Part shown: positions 60,932-64,000 of the stretch, piece after piece
Layout of the letters: every line of letters starts with the position of its first letter
Position numbering within the stretch: the stretch's first letter is position 1
NCBI GenBank assembly: GCA_965208615.1
Contig: CBDBPB010000003.1
Location: 32,001-96,000, forward strand
Origin: Spirochaetota bacterium
Lineage (GTDB): Bacteria; Spirochaetota; UBA6919; CBDBPB01
DNA length: 64,000 nt
Direction: 5' to 3'
Made by a program: the position numbers and the translations under genes
The notes under the pieces: model-generated
What the model saw: the letters and a program-made list of their open reading frames with translations, nothing else
The model's database searches: none
What the model was told of the DNA's origin: nothing

Positions 60932-61795
60932 ATGATTATTTTATGGTCTGTTTTATCTGTAGCCTTATTGGCATGGTTATTCGGTTTTGGATTAGCTGTG
61001 GCACATAAAAAGCTGGCTGTTGAGAAAGATCCTAAGATAAAAGAGGTTGAGGATTCCTTACCTCAGGTTAATTGTGGTGCATGTGGTTATCCTGGATGTG
61101 CTGGATACGCTGATGCTGTTGTGGTAGAGGGAGTAGATATTAATTTATGTCCACCTGGTGGGGATAGTTTAATTAAAGTATTGGGGCATATTTTAGGTAA
61201 AGAGGTCAAAGAGACTGAAGAGAAGCTTATTGCAAGGATTTTATGTAGTGGTCATCTTGCTAATTCCAGGCAGAAGTATTTGTATAACGGGATTACAGAT
61301 TGCAATCAGGCTGTTAATATGTTTGGAGGATCAAAGGAGTGTCCTCATGGTTGTGTTGGTTTGGGGAGTTGTGTTAGGGCTTGTCCATTTGAGGCTATTT
61401 ACATAACCAAGGATTTGGATGTTATTGTTGATGAACAAAAATGTACTGGATGTGAATTATGTGTTCCTGTATGCCCTAAGGATATAATCAAGATGGTACC
61501 TGCAAGAACAAAGATTTTTAACTCTTGTAGTTCTACTGATAAGGGTGGGCCTGTAAAGAAGTATTGTAATGTAGGTTGTACTGCATGTAAGTTATGTGAG
61601 AAGGCGTGTAATTATGACGCTATTCATATAAAGGATTACTTAGCTATTTTTGACTATAACAAGTGTACTGAGTGTAATGATTGTACAGTTGTTTGTCCTA
61701 CTGAGTCTATCCAGTCGTGGATTCCTTATGCTGATATGTCTGATAGGTCAAAATTAGCTTTAGACGAAGAGGCTAATAAAAAGAAAGCTGGTTAA
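60932..61795 (+). CDS. rnfB: Rnf complex subunit B
   Basis: LP..NCGACGYPGC..YA, CPPGG, several CxxCxxCxxxCP ferredoxin motifs. Confidence 0.95.
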   Translation: MIILWSVLSVALLAWLFGFGLAVAHKKLAVEKDPKIKEVEDSLPQVNCGACGYPGCAGYADAVVVEGVDINLCPPGGDSLIKVLGHILGKEVKETEEKLIARILCSGHLANSRQKYLYNGITDCNQAVNMFGGSKECPHGCVGLGSCVRACPFEAIYITKDLDVIVDEQKCTGCELCVPVCPKDIIKMVPARTKIFNSCSSTDKGGPVKKYCNVGCTACKLCEKACNYDAIHIKDYLAIFDYNKCTECNDCTVVCPTESIQSWIPYADMSDRSKLALDEEANKKKAG

Positions 61796-61826
61796 AATAT
61801 TAGTTTATTTGTGTTGGATTTTTATC

Positions 61827-61854
61827 TTGACGATTTTATAAAAACTGTTATATT
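61827..61854 (+). promoter_or_regulatory. Promoter of the tRNA pair
   Basis: TTGACG-16 bp-TATATT with an upstream TG (extended -10), 12 bp before tRNA-Thr. Confidence 0.55.
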
Positions 61855-61866
61855 CTTGATATTAAT

Positions 61867-61939
61867 GCCGACGTAGCTCAATTGGTAGAGCAAGTGATTT
61901 GTAATCACTAGGTTGTTGGTTCAATTCCGACCGTCGGCT
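61867..61939 (+). tRNA. tRNA-Thr (anticodon TGT)
   Basis: GCCGACG/CGTCGGC acceptor stem, AGTGA-TTTGTAA-TCACT anticodon arm, GGTTCAATTCC. Confidence 0.96.
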
Positions 61940-61942
61940 AAC

Positions 61943-62024
61943 GGGGAGATACCCAAGTGGTCAAAGGGGGCAGACTGTAAATCTGTTGACAACGTCTTCG
62001 GAGGTTCAAATCCTCCTCTCCCCA
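61943..62024 (+). tRNA. tRNA-Tyr (anticodon GTA)
   Basis: GGGGAGA/TCTCCCC acceptor stem, GCAGA-CTGTAAA-TCTGT arm, long variable arm, GGTTCAAATCC. Confidence 0.96.
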
Positions 62025-62039
62025 ATAAGATTGCAGCTA

Positions 62040-62507
62040 ATGAATAAATTAGTCTTTTATATTTTTATTATACTCATCATAAATAGTTGCACTGAAGCTA
62101 TATCACCATCTCTTAAGCCTTCCACTGTTGAGAAAACTATTAAGCGATTTAATTATTGTTTAAACAAGATTGACAAGCCTCACATATTTGAAACTATTGA
62201 TCAGATCCTTATTGGAAAAGCAGAAGAAGAGCTTGACGAGCTTAATGATATAATTAGTCTTAGTAAGCGAAAACAAACTTCTTATAGGGATAAGCTTTTA
62301 CAGTATAGGGCTTATGCTAAGGCACTTAAGATCAAGATTACCGATATTCAAATAAATGGTAATGAGGCTAAGGTTTTAGCTATATTTTTTGATACCACCT
62401 TCCTTATCGAAGAGCTAAAAGTAATACATCTTAAAAAGCTAAGAGAGATATGGCGAATAGAGAGTATCATACCTGACAATAAAAAGGATATTAAAAATAA
62501 TGATTGA
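62040..62507 (+). CDS. Hypothetical lipoprotein (NTF2-like/DUF4878-like C-terminus)
   Basis: Start moved to ATG 62040 because the track start lies inside tRNA-Tyr; MNKLVFYIFIILIINS-C lipobox; I.I.GNEA.V...WRI. Confidence 0.7.
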   Translation: MNKLVFYIFIILIINSCTEAISPSLKPSTVEKTIKRFNYCLNKIDKPHIFETIDQILIGKAEEELDELNDIISLSKRKQTSYRDKLLQYRAYAKALKIKITDIQINGNEAKVLAIFFDTTFLIEELKVIHLKKLREIWRIESIIPDNKKDIKNND

Positions 62508-63327
62508 GGTTTTTAACGCTATAATACTTAGTATTATTCAGGGGTTAACAGAGTTTTTACCTATTAGCAGTTCTGGACATTTAGTTGTTGCTCAGAAGGT
62601 TTTCGACTTTAACTTTAAGGATAATCAGTTAATGAATGTTGTTTTACATTTGGGTACTACCTTTGCCATTATAATAGTGTTTAAAGATGAGCTTTTGGAT
62701 ATGTCTAAGGCAGTTTTATCCAAGAGGATATTTCATTTATTTAATATAAAGGTTATTAGAGAGGATCGGTCTTTATGGTTAATTTTTATGATCATTATTG
62801 GTACCATACCCACTGTTATAATAGGTTTATTGTTTAGGGATTTATTTAACTTAATGTATGGTAGTTTATTATTTGTATCTTTTGCATTTTTAGTTACTGG
62901 TTTTATTTTATTTTCTACGAGGTTTGTAAAGGAGCATAATAAAGATGACTATAATAACATTAGCATTTTGGATACTATTATTATAGGGTTTTTGCAAGGT
63001 ATTGCCATTACACCTGGTATATCAAGGTCAGGTATTACTATTAGTGGGGGGCTATGGAGAAAAATTAAAAGGGATAAAATTGGTAGATATTCTTTTTTAT
63101 TATCCTTGCCTGCTATTTTTGGTGCTAATATCATTAAATTTAAAGATGCTAATATTAGTGATCTTGAGTGGATGCCTTTAATTGTTGGGTTTATCGTATC
63201 ATTTATTGTTGGATATTGGGCTTTAAAGGTATTTCTTAATTTTGTTAATCGTGGTAAATTACATAATTTTTCATACTACTGTTGGACCATTGGAATTATA
63301 TCCCTAATCACGTATTATACCATTTAA
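62500..63327 (+). CDS. uppP: Undecaprenyl-diphosphate phosphatase
   Basis: QGLTEFLPISSSGH, HLGT, PGISRSG.TI, SFLLS.PA. Confidence 0.96.
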   Translation: MIEVFNAIILSIIQGLTEFLPISSSGHLVVAQKVFDFNFKDNQLMNVVLHLGTTFAIIIVFKDELLDMSKAVLSKRIFHLFNIKVIREDRSLWLIFMIIIGTIPTVIIGLLFRDLFNLMYGSLLFVSFAFLVTGFILFSTRFVKEHNKDDYNNISILDTIIIGFLQGIAITPGISRSGITISGGLWRKIKRDKIGRYSFLLSLPAIFGANIIKFKDANISDLEWMPLIVGFIVSFIVGYWALKVFLNFVNRGKLHNFSYYCWTIGIISLITYYTI

Positions 63328-64000
63328 CCTATATAGTAGTCAGAATTTTGTTCTTCACACGGGGTTATCTCTCTAAACACGATAACTACCCCTGTAATAT
63401 TACCTTTGGAGTCTTTCATCTGAGCCGCACTTTTTTCAATATCGCGTTTGATACCATATTTTGTAAGTAACTTACTTTTAAAAACTATTCCAGCAACCAG
63501 CCCCTCTCCTATTATCACTTTTTTAGGTGTAGCATCCTTAAAATCTTTTACTTCATCAACTCCTTTAAATATCTCTTTAACCTGTTTACCTCTAACGTCT
63601 TTCTCATTCCAATCGGTTAAGTGTGCGGCAACAGGATTCATAAAAATAATCTGACCTTTTATATCAGTAACAATAACTCCATCGCTTATGGCAGAAAGTA
63701 CTGTTGAAAACCATAGTTCTCGTTCTTTTAGTTTTAAGTCCATTTTGTGGTTATACAGTGCTAGTTCAATAGTGGCATATAATTCTCTATCTTTAAATGG
63801 TTTAATAATATATCCAAATGGCTCAGTAATCTTAGCTCGTTCTAATATTTCATCATCTAAGTAAGCGGTAAGATAAACAACTGGTATATTAAATCCATTT
63901 TTAACTTTATCAGCCAGTTCAATACCATCTATATCTCCTTGTAGTACAATATCCATAAGAACTAGCTGAGGCCTAGATTTCTCTATTTTTGCTATGGCAT
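63324..64000 (-). CDS. Response regulator with receiver plus PAS domain (5' end beyond the window)
   Basis: The frame stays open to the edge (AIAKIEKSRPQLVLMDIVL); DGIELA, YLTAY, YIIKPF; PAS DGVIVTD..G.I.FMN. Confidence 0.9.
   Translation of the reverse strand, partial: AIAKIEKSRPQLVLMDIVLQGDIDGIELADKVKNGFNIPVVYLTAYLDDEILERAKITEPFGYIIKPFKDRELYATIELALYNHKMDLKLKERELWFSTVLSAISDGVIVTDIKGQIIFMNPVAAHLTDWNEKDVRGKQVKEIFKGVDEVKDFKDATPKKVIIGEGLVAGIVFKSKLLTKYGIKRDIEKSAAQMKDSKGNITGVVIVFREITPCEEQNSDYYIG

Noticed and set aside
61986-62039. N-terminal extension of the 173-aa ORF
   Set aside because: It overlaps tRNA-Tyr; ATG 62040 gives a clean lipoprotein signal
2008-63654. Remaining short ORFs in the track that overlap called genes (e.g. 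2008-2301, 9426-9737, 21052-21462, 27530-27781, 27762-28001)
   Set aside because: They are antisense or alternate-frame shadows with no RBS or motif support
1-64000. CRISPR array, IS elements, rRNA
   Set aside because: No regularly spaced repeats, transposase-like ORFs or long GC-rich non-coding blocks were seen

Overview
A very AT-rich chromosomal window, most likely from an uncultured Spirochaetota bacterium. The evidence is a FlaB-type flagellin (MIINHN...), spirochaetal-type lipoboxes and a polA-coaE-SPOR cluster. It is mostly housekeeping genes in scrambled order. dnaA, with paired perfect DnaA boxes upstream, lies 26 kb from dnaN. Other core genes are recN, rpsA, pheA-aroF-tyrA, polA, tandem-domain thyX, argH, msrAB, surE, uppP, three tRNAs (Pro-GGG, Thr-TGT, Tyr-GTA) and rnfDEAB without rnfC or rnfG. 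Four single-base insertions (two in dnaA, one in LMW-PTP, one in recN) look like assembly indels. The most interesting candidates are: (1) a soluble fusion of the FliG C-terminal domain to a transmembrane-less MotA cytoplasmic domain; (2) a Sox sulfur-oxidation cluster apparently using Sec/lipoprotein signals instead of Tat; (3) a chromosomal Sul-like dihydropteroate synthase; (4) a MoxR-type AAA+ ATPase with a TraB/Tiki-like plus degenerate-VWA partner, behind an orphan hypC; (5) a mosaic, repeatedly flipping strand skew and a possibly split replication origin; (6) a ~150-nt structured leader or ncRNA upstream of pheA. I saw no CRISPR array, rRNA or intact mobile element. All family calls come from motif recognition by eye; no searches were run.
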